Counted from the stretch's first letter, positions 19,901 through 28,922 are shown. The stretch is 64,000 nucleotides of DNA from an uncultured Elusimicrobiales bacterium (GCA_934662565.1 CAKUKI010000004.1:98049-162048); one strand, 5' to 3'. The notes: a model not told the origin generated them from the letters alone. Numbers and translations: made by a program.

Positions 19901-22900
19901 AACACGGTTTTAAGATGACGTATGTGGACGAATCCGGCAAAGAGCAGGTGTTGCCTGTTAATGTAAAAATAGAAAAAGGCTTCAAAGCGGACGGCTATAA
20001 CCGCATTACGTTTACCCAAAATAATGTGGCTGAATTGCGCAATCAAGCTAAATCCCCCAAAACTATGGCGCATTTCTTTATGAAACTAAAAGCGGGGGAA
20101 TTACCGCGGTTAGTGGCAGCCGCCCAGCGGGAAAACATCCAACTGCAAATTAAGCTGGAATCTTCCCCCAATGTGGCGCACAAAACGGTAGAAGCACAGC
20201 TTTATGCCCAGAATGGTGCTATGTTGCCGGTTAAGGTGGAATTGCCCGCCAGCTTGCTTAAAAAAGGCTCCCGTTTGGTAATGACCGACGAAGGCCGTTT
20301 AGGAATGTTGGACGCGCAAGCCTTGGTGGCACAGGAGGCTTCCGGCCGGTTGGAAATGGCCAGCCCGCTCCATTCGCACTTGCACTTTTTGAATAATTAC
20401 TATGTGCGTATGCCCAAACACCAAATTGGCAACTGGGTTAAATTATTCAAAAATGCCCAACAGTATTTTGATATTTCCGTATTGCCTACGCAAAATAAAG
20501 CGCAGTTAGTAGTGCGGGATGTTTCCCTCACGAACGTCAGCTTGGGTAAAACTATGGCGCCTATTGCCAAAAAGCAGTTGGGTATGTCGGTAGACAATGC
20601 CACTACGCTGATGTTTATTATTAACTATATTTTGCCGGGCTTAGCCTCTTTGGTCAATCCGGTACTTAAAAAATATGGGGAAAAGAAACTGCTGACGATT
20701 GCGTTAGGAATGTCCGCCGCTGCCGGTTTATTGGCCACGGCGGCCGGATTCTACGGGTTTGTAGAAAATCAGGACGTTAGCAATTTTGACCGCGTGTTGT
20801 TTGTTTCCGGCCTTGTGTTAATGAGTGCCTCCAGCATTTTGAAACAGCTGGTGTGCAACATGTTAATCCGCGCCAACCGCGGGGAAGTGAGCGTCAGCGC
20901 GCCCAAAAAGGCGGCCCCGTCTGCGGCGGAAATTAAAGCGGCGGCAGAAGCGGATTGGAAAGATTTAACCCGCCGCGTAAAAGAATTTTTTACCAAGCCG
21001 TCTGATGTAAACTTAAAAGACGTGGTGCTTTATAACTTGAGCTTCGTGTTCAAAAACGTAGGCACCTTGGCGTTCTTGGCTTCCCCGTACGCTATTAACT
21101 GGGTGGTGGAACAGACCAGCGGGATTAATTTAGGGTTGGACTATTCCGTCAGCTTCCCCATTTACGCTTTATATAGCACTTGGGTCACCTACCGCGTCAT
21201 GCGCTCCAACTTGCGGGATGCTTATTCCGCCAAAAACTTGGAACAGAGCCAACGCGCCGTATTGAACCATGTGGAAAAAGCCGCACAAGCGTTGGAAGAA
21301 TTGTTCAAATTGGACCCGTCTTCTGCCCAGTTTACGGCTAAGGCCGAAGAAGTGACCCGCAAAATTAAAGAAAGTTTGGACGACTTGACCTTGGCTCAAG
21401 TAAAACTGGATAGCAAAGTAAAGAGCAAAGAAGCGTTTGAAGCCAATAAAGCGCAAGCCTTGGCCGATTTGGAAAAAGCGTTATCTGCCAGCGGCGCGCT
21501 GAATAAAGAACAAGTAAAACAAATTATGGCACAAGTGAACGAGGACTTTACCCACTTGGGCAAGAGCTTTGCCAGCTGGTGGAAAGTGCTCAAAGAAGCC
21601 AAAGGCGTAAAGGCGTTATCTTTGGCTATGACGTTAGCCACGGTACACGAGTTCATTTTATCTAGCTCGTTCGCTACCAGCATTAATAAGCTTGTGCCGG
21701 ATGGCGCTTACGCGAACTTCTTGGTGGCACTGTGCTTGTATGTACCGTTTATCGTTGGCCGCTTGGGCGGCAACGTGGTAGGCAAGCGCATTAGCTCCGG
21801 CAGTATGTACATTTTATGCTCTGCCCTGTCGGCTATCGGTACGGCTATGATGATTACCAACGTGGGCAATTTGGCTCCTACCATGGTGGGCGCGGTAATT
21901 GCCAGTTTGGGGGTGGGGAACTTCTTTACCCAAATGTATGACTACATTATGCAGAAACACCCCAAACTCCAGCGCGAAATTTCCGTCATCTTGGCGCTTA
22001 CCATGGCGGTTGCCGGTTTGGCTACGTTGCCGGCCTCGTACTTAACGTCTATTACTGAAAACTTGGACTTAATTTACGCCGGTGCCTGTTTAGGGTTGTC
22101 TTTGGTCCTTACTCCGGGGATGATGAAAGACTCTACCTTATTTAAGTTTGTCAATGGCCAAGTAAAAAAGTTGTTTGGCAAAAAAGGCAAAGCTGCCAAG
22201 GCCGCTAAAAAAGACAAACATAAAGGGGACGGCCCCGCAAGCGGGGCCGCAGGCAGCCCGAAAGCGGACGGCAAAAAACCAAACGCTCCCAAAACGGATG
22301 AACCTGAAACATTATCCCAAGTATTTATAAAGAACCAGCGAGGCGATATTATCGCCTCGCTGCAAGTTCCGGTAGCTCAAGCCGGATTCCAACTAAAACC
22401 TCTGCAAGAGGTTTTTATTTTGCCTAGCGGAGAAATGATTTTGCGCGAATATCGGGAGACCGCTTCCAAGAAAAAAGATGCGCATAATTATACGCAAATT
22501 GTGGTGCGGGATGATATCCGGCTGGAAAAATCCATGGGCAAAATAAAGGCCTCTGCGCTGAACCTTAAAAAAATAGGGGAAGGGCTTTTGCTGGCTAACA
22601 GCAAAATTTGGCCCATGTTTTTAATGTATGTTTTGTTGGGTATGAATAACGTATCCACCATTGTAGCCAACTTTGCCGAGGACCCCTTTCACATGAGCAA
22701 GTTTGAAATGTTTTTGCTTGGCAATATGGGCACACTGGCGGTGGGGTTATTTTCTTTGCCAATAGGTATTTTACAGGGTAAATTTAGCCGGAGGGCTATG
22801 TCCAATATCGGTATGCTTTCCATGATTGCCTCCTTTGCGGTGCCGTGGCTGGCTGGCTTAAACGGCACATTGGGCGACGCCACGGATTTGAAACGCGCCG

Positions 22901-23952
22901 CGTTGATGGTCAGCTTTGTGCTAATGGGCATTGGCGGAGCCTTTTTGGATGTGTCCTTAAAGCCCACGGTGTTGGCCGTTTCTAAAAAAGGCAATTACCA
23001 GCGTAATGTGGGCACACTGGCGGTATTTAAGCAAGTGTTTGGCAACTCTATGAACTATTTGCTCCCGCCGTTATTTTTGTGCGTGGCGGGGGCCGATTGG
23101 AGCGCGTTTTTCCCTGTCTATATGGCGGGCAGCGTGGTAGCTTTTATGCTGTATAATAAATTCCGCATGAAAGAGCAAACGTTGGATTCGGTGGCAAAGG
23201 CAAAAAAGAAATACGAAGTAAGTTTTAAGAGTATTTGGAACCTTTTTACAGGAAAGAATAAAAAATCCGAACTGGTGCGCAAAAGCGTGTATGCCAACAT
23301 TTTGCACGGGGCCAATATCGGCACGCTGGCTTTGTTTGTAAACAGTTTGATGAAAGAGCACTTTGAGGACCCTTCCGCCATGTGGCATTTGCCTTTCGGG
23401 TGGACGCTGGATTCGGACGCTTGGGTGCTGCCTTCTTTTGCGCTGTTTACACTGCCGATTATTTTTGGCCGTATGGCGGGCACGGCGCTTAGTAGCGGGT
23501 TTCATATCGGCAATAAACGCGTTGAGCCGCTTAATGCCGGTACACTGCTGCAAGCCAGCGCGTGGATAAGCCTGTTGGGAATTTTGCTGATTAATATGCC
23601 CAGTTGGCCCGCGCAAGAGCTGGGGGCCGTGCTGGCAGCCTTGGGCCTGACCAACTTCGCCCCGATTTTAACGGCCTTCCCCACGGATAAAACCCGCGAC
23701 GTTTCCAACGAGGTTTCCGCTCTGTTATCTTTTTCGTCTGTGTTTAGCGCGGCGTTTACGGTCACTTTCGGGCTATTGTTGGATGTGCTTGGTCCATGGA
23801 GCGCGGGGGCGTTTGGGTTGCTGGGGGTATTTTTTGCGTACTTAATCCACTTTGGTAAAGAAATCCGCCAAGGTAAGTTTGATGATTTGAAAGACCCTCA
23901 CGGCAACACGGCGGAAGCCGCCGAGGCGTACGAAGACCCTTTAACAGAATAG
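16936..23952 (+). CDS. giant (2338 aa) exported/membrane protein: signal peptide plus a ~1200-aa domain-less region plus two tandem MFS-transporter-like polytopic modules
   Basis: Uninterrupted 7017-nt ORF with AGGAGA 9 nt upstream of ATG. It opens with signal peptide MMKILSLLLSFTLIFTSVAPAAAQT. A hydrophobic segment lies near aa 520 (VIDVALAVFFMGKLALSAV). Gly/Ala-rich low-complexity stretches follow. From about nt 20575 there are roughly 12 TM segments with motif-A-like loops (PVLKKYGEKKLL, VGRLGGNVVGKRIS) and a ~150-aa coiled-coil central loop, followed by a Lys-rich linker (KKGKAAKAAKKDKHKGDG...). From about nt 22590 there is a second 12-TM module with GILQGKFSRRAM and PIIFGRMAGTAL motif-A-like loops. 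Confidence 0.85.
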   Translation: MMKILSLLLSFTLIFTSVAPAAAQTADAAARQKARVSSHVDAGVDRAVQSQRGKKFAVKDKAAEVRAVVKAMGQGGSEKLSYKDFAAEYKKEMKNLLVQVMGEAKTDEERAYIKQVWTAMMTEKAIRAEYKQYQKLEQESLKEAEKEVNAYLRRLGREVMAIYKVNKREGLALIKEALPVFASVGAIEFNVKKEAAGVLRQAIKAGEKSCGSVGFLTGIKAKAGYKDSLNSQVKGCQSVLEAAYALSVLGADDSKGQSADAKVLGDLLAKGYNGLMGPSLIVMVSKGLLAMHGERTLTAELVKISRDFPDIGLFGNDFSFISVADWVKASSIMKGEYAMGMEYSFYKGGKYANLNNAWLDLGQYLAQEAKAGDKSAAYVLNTVMEESVWYDSYGNPGVKFKPFVTGALAGGYRINKPGRAYTQLDGNGKTQHIDTRKEWNRALAKMKKLNMTQSGYFASSLYYSGKGDLDPYTNIYINNKLVDGYRLSGSRAQLKNFGKRARPTAAELQLYKELQHAQTVGNVIDVALAVFFMGKLALSAVKMGVQGIKSGVRVLKLARSGAAANGLGFGKNFSRVIRLGRLQKYGVHSAKELLRSRLSGVMGTQHTKIVGGVKNFRQAEAAKKAADAKRAAAAQAKADAAFAQTAEVRSVDGVAHVIPSGMDLVRVNGRPVLVKKGLSFSEIAKNFGVAESAVSEAKAGSSMAAVSAPRYTTSGAAAAVEGKVQPAMGPKPVAAEVAEPVGTKGSVVKSPVRYVQVETTNALGNKVMSWKPVTPEIAKPKPSFWKNFKERFLWNWYGLTDFAGSLGQAAQNGRSGGVLALGLNMGSVPMQAVKAEASLLAQGVKTEHVLTLKNMVMYSDELAKVGWSGASFRVGTPNVGGMQNMGRLPQVGSPFGATGPALGMLGTLNATNIANNLSDSRAQAAQYTATAVAPRKWWQRWFGAKSSNMNFNVAAVSQVAPLAQAAQAAAPAEEPAGEMSDAELGADTEHGFKMTYVDESGKEQVLPVNVKIEKGFKADGYNRITFTQNNVAELRNQAKSPKTMAHFFMKLKAGELPRLVAAAQRENIQLQIKLESSPNVAHKTVEAQLYAQNGAMLPVKVELPASLLKKGSRLVMTDEGRLGMLDAQALVAQEASGRLEMASPLHSHLHFLNNYYVRMPKHQIGNWVKLFKNAQQYFDISVLPTQNKAQLVVRDVSLTNVSLGKTMAPIAKKQLGMSVDNATTLMFIINYILPGLASLVNPVLKKYGEKKLLTIALGMSAAAGLLATAAGFYGFVENQDVSNFDRVLFVSGLVLMSASSILKQLVCNMLIRANRGEVSVSAPKKAAPSAAEIKAAAEADWKDLTRRVKEFFTKPSDVNLKDVVLYNLSFVFKNVGTLAFLASPYAINWVVEQTSGINLGLDYSVSFPIYALYSTWVTYRVMRSNLRDAYSAKNLEQSQRAVLNHVEKAAQALEELFKLDPSSAQFTAKAEEVTRKIKESLDDLTLAQVKLDSKVKSKEAFEANKAQALADLEKALSASGALNKEQVKQIMAQVNEDFTHLGKSFASWWKVLKEAKGVKALSLAMTLATVHEFILSSSFATSINKLVPDGAYANFLVALCLYVPFIVGRLGGNVVGKRISSGSMYILCSALSAIGTAMMITNVGNLAPTMVGAVIASLGVGNFFTQMYDYIMQKHPKLQREISVILALTMAVAGLATLPASYLTSITENLDLIYAGACLGLSLVLTPGMMKDSTLFKFVNGQVKKLFGKKGKAAKAAKKDKHKGDGPASGAAGSPKADGKKPNAPKTDEPETLSQVFIKNQRGDIIASLQVPVAQAGFQLKPLQEVFILPSGEMILREYRETASKKKDAHNYTQIVVRDDIRLEKSMGKIKASALNLKKIGEGLLLANSKIWPMFLMYVLLGMNNVSTIVANFAEDPFHMSKFEMFLLGNMGTLAVGLFSLPIGILQGKFSRRAMSNIGMLSMIASFAVPWLAGLNGTLGDATDLKRAALMVSFVLMGIGGAFLDVSLKPTVLAVSKKGNYQRNVGTLAVFKQVFGNSMNYLLPPLFLCVAGADWSAFFPVYMAGSVVAFMLYNKFRMKEQTLDSVAKAKKKYEVSFKSIWNLFTGKNKKSELVRKSVYANILHGANIGTLALFVNSLMKEHFEDPSAMWHLPFGWTLDSDAWVLPSFALFTLPIIFGRMAGTALSSGFHIGNKRVEPLNAGTLLQASAWISLLGILLINMPSWPAQELGAVLAALGLTNFAPILTAFPTDKTRDVSNEVSALLSFSSVFSAAFTVTFGLLLDVLGPWSAGAFGLLGVFFAYLIHFGKEIRQGKFDDLKDPHGNTAEAAEAYEDPLTE

Positions 23953-23970
23953 CCCTATTTCTTTGATATA

Positions 23971-23999
23971 AAAAACCCCGCTTAATGCGGGGTTTTTTT
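23971..23999. terminator. bidirectional rho-independent terminator
   Basis: aaaaaccccgc-ttaat-gcggggttttttt between the giant ORF (+) and sulP (-), which converge here. Confidence 0.65.
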
Positions 24000-24013
24000 A
24001 GAACCAATGCGGC

Positions 24014-25690
24014 TTATTCCGCAATAGAATGGCGGTCTTTTACAATGGATTCTGCCCGCATTAAGGAATGGTCAATGTTGCGGCAGAGGTGGTCTTCTCC
24101 CAGCAGTTTAATAAATCCGTACTGCTCCAAGGTTTTGCGTACATGTTTTTGCACATGGGATAAAATCAGTTGTACGCCGTCTTCTTTACAACGGTTGTAA
24201 ATGCGCTCTAAAGCGTGGTAGCCGGTGGCGTCTATGGCCGGTACACTGCGCATACGCAAAATGAGTACTTTGCAGTTTTTGTGGTGTTCCAGCGTTTCCA
24301 CAAACTGCGTGGCCGCCCCAAAAAAGAACGGACCGTTAATTTCATATACGCTGACGTGTTTGGCAATTACTTTGGTGTCAATGTCGTCTTTGCGGCGCAC
24401 TTCGTCCATTACGTCGTCATCCGTATTGGTAATTTGGTAGACGTCCGCCATGCGTTTCATAAAAAGTACCGCTGCCAGCACCAAGCCAAATTCAATGGCA
24501 ATCACCAAGTCAAATACTACCGTAAGCGTGAAGGTAGCCAACAAAATAAGCACATCCCCTAACGGAGCCTTAAACAAGGCCTTAAAACTGCGCCAGTCAC
24601 TCATGCGGTAAGACACTAAAAATAAAATAGCCGCCAAACTGGTCATGGGAATTCGCCCAATCCAACGCATCAGGCACAACATCATTAAAAATAAAAATAC
24701 GGCATGCGCCATACCGGCAACCGGCGTGCGGCCGCCGTTTTCTATATTGGCGGCGGTGCGGGCAATTGCGCCCGTGGCGGGCAAACCGCCAAACAGGCCG
24801 GAAGCCACATTGGCAATACCGGTGGCAACTAGTTCCATGTTGGAGCGGTGGCGCTTGCCAATCATACCGTCCGCCACGACGGCAGAGAGCAAACTTTCAA
24901 TCCCCGCCAGCAGGGCAATCGTCAGTGCCGGACGCATTAAATTTTGGATAGTATCCCAGCTAACCGCGTCCGGTAAGTGCGGCATAACCAGCGTGCTGTC
25001 CACCGCGCCGAACGTGCTGGTAATAGTGGGCACGTTTAGCCCCGTCACCCCTACTAAAACGGCGGTGATTAACAAGGCTGCCAAAGAGCCCGGAAATGCC
25101 TTCCATTTTTTAGGCCAAAAAAGAATAATTGCCAAGGTGAGCAGTCCCACCGCCAAGGCCGCCCAGTTTATTTGCCCCAAACTGTGGAAATACAAACCCC
25201 ATTTGGCAAAAAAACCGGAGGGAATGTTGGTTAGTCCCAAGCCCAAAAAATCGTTAATTTGGGTAGAAAAAAGCACCACGGCAATCCCGCTGGTAAATCC
25301 GGTTGTCACGGGGTAGGGAATAAATTTAATAAAACTGCCAAATTTGCATATCCCCATAAAAATTAGAAAAATCCCCGCCATGATAGTAGCGCTCAGTAAT
25401 CCGGCCAAGCCGTATTGCTGGATAATGCCGTATACAATTACCACAAACGCGCCCGTAGGCCCGCCAATTTGCACGCGGCTCCCCCCAAAAAGGGAAATAA
25501 TAAATCCGGCCACAATGGCGGTGATGAGGCCTTTTTCCGGCGTGACGCCGGAGGCAATAGCCAAGGCAATAGAAAGCGGCAACGCAATACACGCTACCAC
25601 CAGTCCGGCGCTTAAATCTTTTAAGACGCGGCGGGAGGAAAACTCCTCCGGACGGTTTTGAATCAGAGTAAGTAATTTGGGTCTTAACAT
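24014..25690 (-). CDS. SulP-family anion transporter with C-terminal STAS domain
   Basis: 558 aa with a polytopic SulP core (…GPTGAFVVIVYGII…) and a C-terminal STAS domain (ILRMRSVPAIDATGYHALERI). Confidence 0.85.
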   Translation of the reverse strand: MLRPKLLTLIQNRPEEFSSRRVLKDLSAGLVVACIALPLSIALAIASGVTPEKGLITAIVAGFIISLFGGSRVQIGGPTGAFVVIVYGIIQQYGLAGLLSATIMAGIFLIFMGICKFGSFIKFIPYPVTTGFTSGIAVVLFSTQINDFLGLGLTNIPSGFFAKWGLYFHSLGQINWAALAVGLLTLAIILFWPKKWKAFPGSLAALLITAVLVGVTGLNVPTITSTFGAVDSTLVMPHLPDAVSWDTIQNLMRPALTIALLAGIESLLSAVVADGMIGKRHRSNMELVATGIANVASGLFGGLPATGAIARTAANIENGGRTPVAGMAHAVFLFLMMLCLMRWIGRIPMTSLAAILFLVSYRMSDWRSFKALFKAPLGDVLILLATFTLTVVFDLVIAIEFGLVLAAVLFMKRMADVYQITNTDDDVMDEVRRKDDIDTKVIAKHVSVYEINGPFFFGAATQFVETLEHHKNCKVLILRMRSVPAIDATGYHALERIYNRCKEDGVQLILSHVQKHVRKTLEQYGFIKLLGEDHLCRNIDHSLMRAESIVKDRHSIAE

Positions 25691-25697
25691 TTTATTT

Positions 25698-26513
25698 TTA
25701 ACGTTTTAACAGTTTGCTGAGGAGCCGGTCATAATACGGCTGCGGCACCGGCATACCCGGTGTAGAGTTTCGCCCGCTGTGCGGCCCGTGATAATCGGAC
25801 CCCGCAGTGGCAAACAAATCGTACTTGCGGGCCACTTTTAGTAGTTCTTGTTTTAGGGTGTATGTATGGGCGGGATAAAACACTTCCAGCCCGTCCAAAC
25901 CTGCTTCTTTCCAAGCGGGAAAGTTCCACACGGCTTGCGTAAGGCCGGGGTGTGCAATTACAGCCAGCCCGCCCGCGGCTTTAATAGCGCGGATGGCTTC
26001 CACCACGCTTACTCCGGCCGAGGGCACATAGCCGGCCTGCCCTGACACCAGCCAGCGGCGAAACCCCTCCTGTCTGGTAGGGACCAGCCCTTTTTGTTTG
26101 AGGGCATCTGCCACGTGGGCGCGGGATACCGTATTGGATGCGCGGGAAAAAACATCTTCCGGCGTAAGGTCCAATCCGGCCGCTTGCAGTTGGGCGATAA
26201 TTTTTTTGATGCGTTCCACCCGCACTTGGCGGTTATGTGCCAAGAAGGCGGCAAAGTGCGGGTCATGAATGTTTACATTTAAGCCTAAAAAATGCAGGTG
26301 GTCATGTTCCCGTGTGCTTATTTCCACGGCGGGAACAAAAGGGATATGGCGGGCTTCACATTCTTGTTGCGCTTCCAAAACGCCGTCCACAGTGTCGTGG
26401 TCGGCCAAGGCAAAAATGCCTACGCCCGCTTTTTGGGCGGCAATAACTACTTCGCGCGGAGAGGACGTTCCGTCCGAATATAAAGAATGGGTATGTAAGT
26501 CCGCCTTAGGCAT
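25698..26513 (-). CDS. PHP-domain metal-dependent phosphoesterase (TrpH/YciV-like)
   Basis: MPKADLHTHSLYSDGTSSPREVV...ALADHDTVDG. Start overlaps the upstream gene's stop (TAATG) and its stop lies 8 nt before the sulP start. Confidence 0.8.
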   Translation of the reverse strand: MPKADLHTHSLYSDGTSSPREVVIAAQKAGVGIFALADHDTVDGVLEAQQECEARHIPFVPAVEISTREHDHLHFLGLNVNIHDPHFAAFLAHNRQVRVERIKKIIAQLQAAGLDLTPEDVFSRASNTVSRAHVADALKQKGLVPTRQEGFRRWLVSGQAGYVPSAGVSVVEAIRAIKAAGGLAVIAHPGLTQAVWNFPAWKEAGLDGLEVFYPAHTYTLKQELLKVARKYDLFATAGSDYHGPHSGRNSTPGMPVPQPYYDRLLSKLLKR

Positions 26514-26737
26514 TAGACGCGTTCCACCGCCGTCACACCGGGGACTTGCGCTTTAATTTTGCGTTCCACCACGGCTTGCAGTGTCATTTGTGCGTGCGGG
26601 CAGCCGCCACAGCGGCCCCGTAAGCCTACGGTGACAATGCCGGTTTTTTCATCCACACCAATCAGCTGGATGTCGCCGCCGTCGGATTGCAAAATCGGGC
26701 GGATTTCTTCAATTACTTTTTCCACTTGTTCTTTCAT
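26513..26737 (-). CDS. NifU-like Fe-S cluster scaffold domain protein (Nfu type)
   Basis: 74 aa with EEIRPILQSDGGDIQLIGVD...GGCPHAQMTLQ, the CxxC of NifU C-terminal domains. Confidence 0.7.
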   Translation of the reverse strand: MKEQVEKVIEEIRPILQSDGGDIQLIGVDEKTGIVTVGLRGRCGGCPHAQMTLQAVVERKIKAQVPGVTAVERV

Positions 26738-26898
26738 TTTTAACTCCGTTATAAAAGGTATTCTTTATTATAGCTTTTTTGGTTCCGGTGCGCGGAAATG
26801 CGTAAAAATTTGCAAATATAGCGGCAATATTTGCTATACTTTGAATGTAGCAGACTAAATTTTGCTTGTGATATGGAATGCTTTATTGAGGAGAAAAT

Positions 26899-27366
26899 AT
26901 GAAAAAAATTGTATCCATATTCGTCTTATTTTTATTGGTAAGTGCGCCCGCTTTTGCGCAAAAATACGCCAGCGTAAAAGCCAAAAGAGCCAACATCCGC
27001 ACCTGCGCAGGCACCAAATGTGCTATTAAATGGTACGCGTGGAAATACACCCCCGTCATTATGGTAAAAACCAACGAAACGAAAGATTGGGTGTTAGTGA
27101 AAGATTTTGAAGGCTTTAACGGTTGGATTTCGGCCGACTTGCTCAGCCCCGCCGGCGCTATGGCCGCCACGGTGGATTTGAACGTGCGCAAAGCCCCCGG
27201 TGCCAGCAGCGAAGTAGTTTGCACCGTTGAAAAGGGCTATCCGTTCAAATATATTTCCAAAAAAGGTGCTTGGATACAAGTACAAGATGACCCCGCCAAA
27301 AAAGCCGAAGGCGTTTGCAAAGGTTGGGTATATGCCAAAAATTTGTGGGGTTTCTTTAAGCAATAA
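26899..27366 (+). CDS. secreted bacterial SH3-domain protein
   Basis: Signal peptide MKKIVSIFVLFLLVSAPAFA followed by two SH3b-like segments (ANIRTCAGTKCAIKWYAWKYTPV; DLNVRKAPGASSEVVCTVEKGYPFKYI). Confidence 0.55.
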   Translation: MKKIVSIFVLFLLVSAPAFAQKYASVKAKRANIRTCAGTKCAIKWYAWKYTPVIMVKTNETKDWVLVKDFEGFNGWISADLLSPAGAMAATVDLNVRKAPGASSEVVCTVEKGYPFKYISKKGAWIQVQDDPAKKAEGVCKGWVYAKNLWGFFKQ

Positions 27367-27488
27367 GCAGCACCCCGCCGCGGTGGGCACAAGGCTTGAT
27401 TTTTCGGCTTTCCCCGCGTAAACTATCAGTATAATTTGGGGCCGCTTACTGCTTGCAGGGGCGGCCTTAAAAAGGGTAGAATATTTGT

Positions 27489-27962
27489 ATGAAGAAATTA
27501 TTAGTAGCTGCTGCGGCAGCCAGTGTGGTGGCGTGTGCTTTTTGTTTAGCCAGAACGGTGCAGGAAGGCCGCTTTAATATATCCGGTACGGTAGATGTGC
27601 CGGAAAGACTGGTTAAAATTGCACAGGCGGACAACAACTCCTGTTCTATTATTGTTAAGAACGAGGCGGATGTTCCCGTGGCCATTAAACGGGTAGTAAA
27701 CCCTAAATTTCCGTTAGATTTCCGCTTGGGGGAAGAAGATTTATTAACCCCTCAATTAGACGGTGACTTAAAACTGGAAGTGCAAATTAACAACCACGGC
27801 CAGCTGGGTGTGCTAAAAGAAGGGGATATTTTTGGGGCCTCTGCCGCCTTGGTAAAACCGAACGCAAAAAATGTGCTGGTTCAGGCCGATAAAATGACCG
27901 GTATGCCGCGTTTGGCGCGCGGAGCTACCCGCGGAAACTTCTTCCGCACGGCGGCCCGTTAA
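27489..27962 (+). CDS. hypothetical exported protein (possible lipoprotein)
   Basis: MKKLLVAAAAASVVACAFCLA N-terminus with no recognised domain. Confidence 0.45.
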   Translation: MKKLLVAAAAASVVACAFCLARTVQEGRFNISGTVDVPERLVKIAQADNNSCSIIVKNEADVPVAIKRVVNPKFPLDFRLGEEDLLTPQLDGDLKLEVQINNHGQLGVLKEGDIFGASAALVKPNAKNVLVQADKMTGMPRLARGATRGNFFRTAAR

Positions 27963-27976
27963 GTTTTAGCAAAAAT

Positions 27977-28005
27977 CAAAACCCCGCTTTTTGGCGGGGT
28001 TTTTA
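27977..28005 (+). terminator. rho-independent terminator
   Basis: aaaaccccgc-tttttg-gcggggttttt. Confidence 0.6.
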
Positions 28006-28100
28006 ATGGGTATTGGAACGGAGCAATTACTTTTTGCTTGACGAACCGCCCCAGAAATAGCACAATAAAATAAGAACTTTTTGATAAGGAGAATTTGCCC

Positions 28101-28820
28101 ATGAAAAGATGTCTGTTGCTGCTGGCTGTTTTGGCTGCGGCGTCCGCGTTGCAAGCGCAGGACGGGCAAAAGTATTCGCGCGAAGAAGTATTAGCCGTAT
28201 TTGCCCAGTATAATCCGCAAGTGCTGGAAAATGCCAAAGTAAATGAGGATTATAACCATATTTTGCAACAATGGGTTTCTGCTTATCAGCGGGAAAAAAG
28301 CCCGCAGGCCGATTGGGAATTAATGGCTGTAGCTAAAAATTTTGATAATTCCCTGCGTTTATTTGCTATTGCCGAAACGTACGAAGAAAGCCTTGTTTTG
28401 CAGCAAGCCGCTAATATGGATTTGGCCTCTTTAGATGCCTCCACCCAACAGGCGTTGCGGGCGGCCTTTCACGATATTTACACCGTCACTTTAGATATTA
28501 AAGCGCTTGAAATGGCCCAAACTAAGGCCCGCATGAAAGCGCTTAAAAAAGACAAAAATTTAGCGGCAGAACAGCGCAAACTGGTTCTGGCGCAGGAAAA
28601 GGCACACCTCAAAGCCTTAAAAACAGAAGTAAAAACGCTTAAAAAAGATGCTTCTTCCAAAGTAAACGCCGCCGCAGAGCGCTACTTTACGGAAATGAAA
28701 GAGCAAATTATTGCCAAACAGAACGCCGCGCAAAAAGCCGCCCAAGAACAGGCGCAAAAAGCGCAATCTTCTGCCAACCGGCAAGTAAAAAGCAAAAACA
28801 AAAAACCCGTCGGTAAATAA
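28101..28820 (+). CDS. hypothetical secreted Lys-rich coiled-coil protein
   Basis: ATG at 28101 with AAGGAG 9 nt upstream and signal peptide MKRCLLLLAVLAAASALQA. The C-terminal half consists of K/A/Q-rich heptad-like repeats. Confidence 0.5.
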   Translation: MKRCLLLLAVLAAASALQAQDGQKYSREEVLAVFAQYNPQVLENAKVNEDYNHILQQWVSAYQREKSPQADWELMAVAKNFDNSLRLFAIAETYEESLVLQQAANMDLASLDASTQQALRAAFHDIYTVTLDIKALEMAQTKARMKALKKDKNLAAEQRKLVLAQEKAHLKALKTEVKTLKKDASSKVNAAAERYFTEMKEQIIAKQNAAQKAAQEQAQKAQSSANRQVKSKNKKPVGK

Positions 28821-28922
28821 TTTTACGCTAAAAAACGCCTTCCTCCCGCAGTAGGGAGGGGGCGTTTTGTTGTGTAAAACCATTTTAGTTGTATATTTTA
28901 GTATAAAGGAAATAAAAACAGT

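Noticed and set aside
24645-25316. 223-aa plus-strand ORF opposite sulP.
   Set aside because: It is the antisense frame of a well-supported transporter gene with low-complexity Pro/Ala-rich content.
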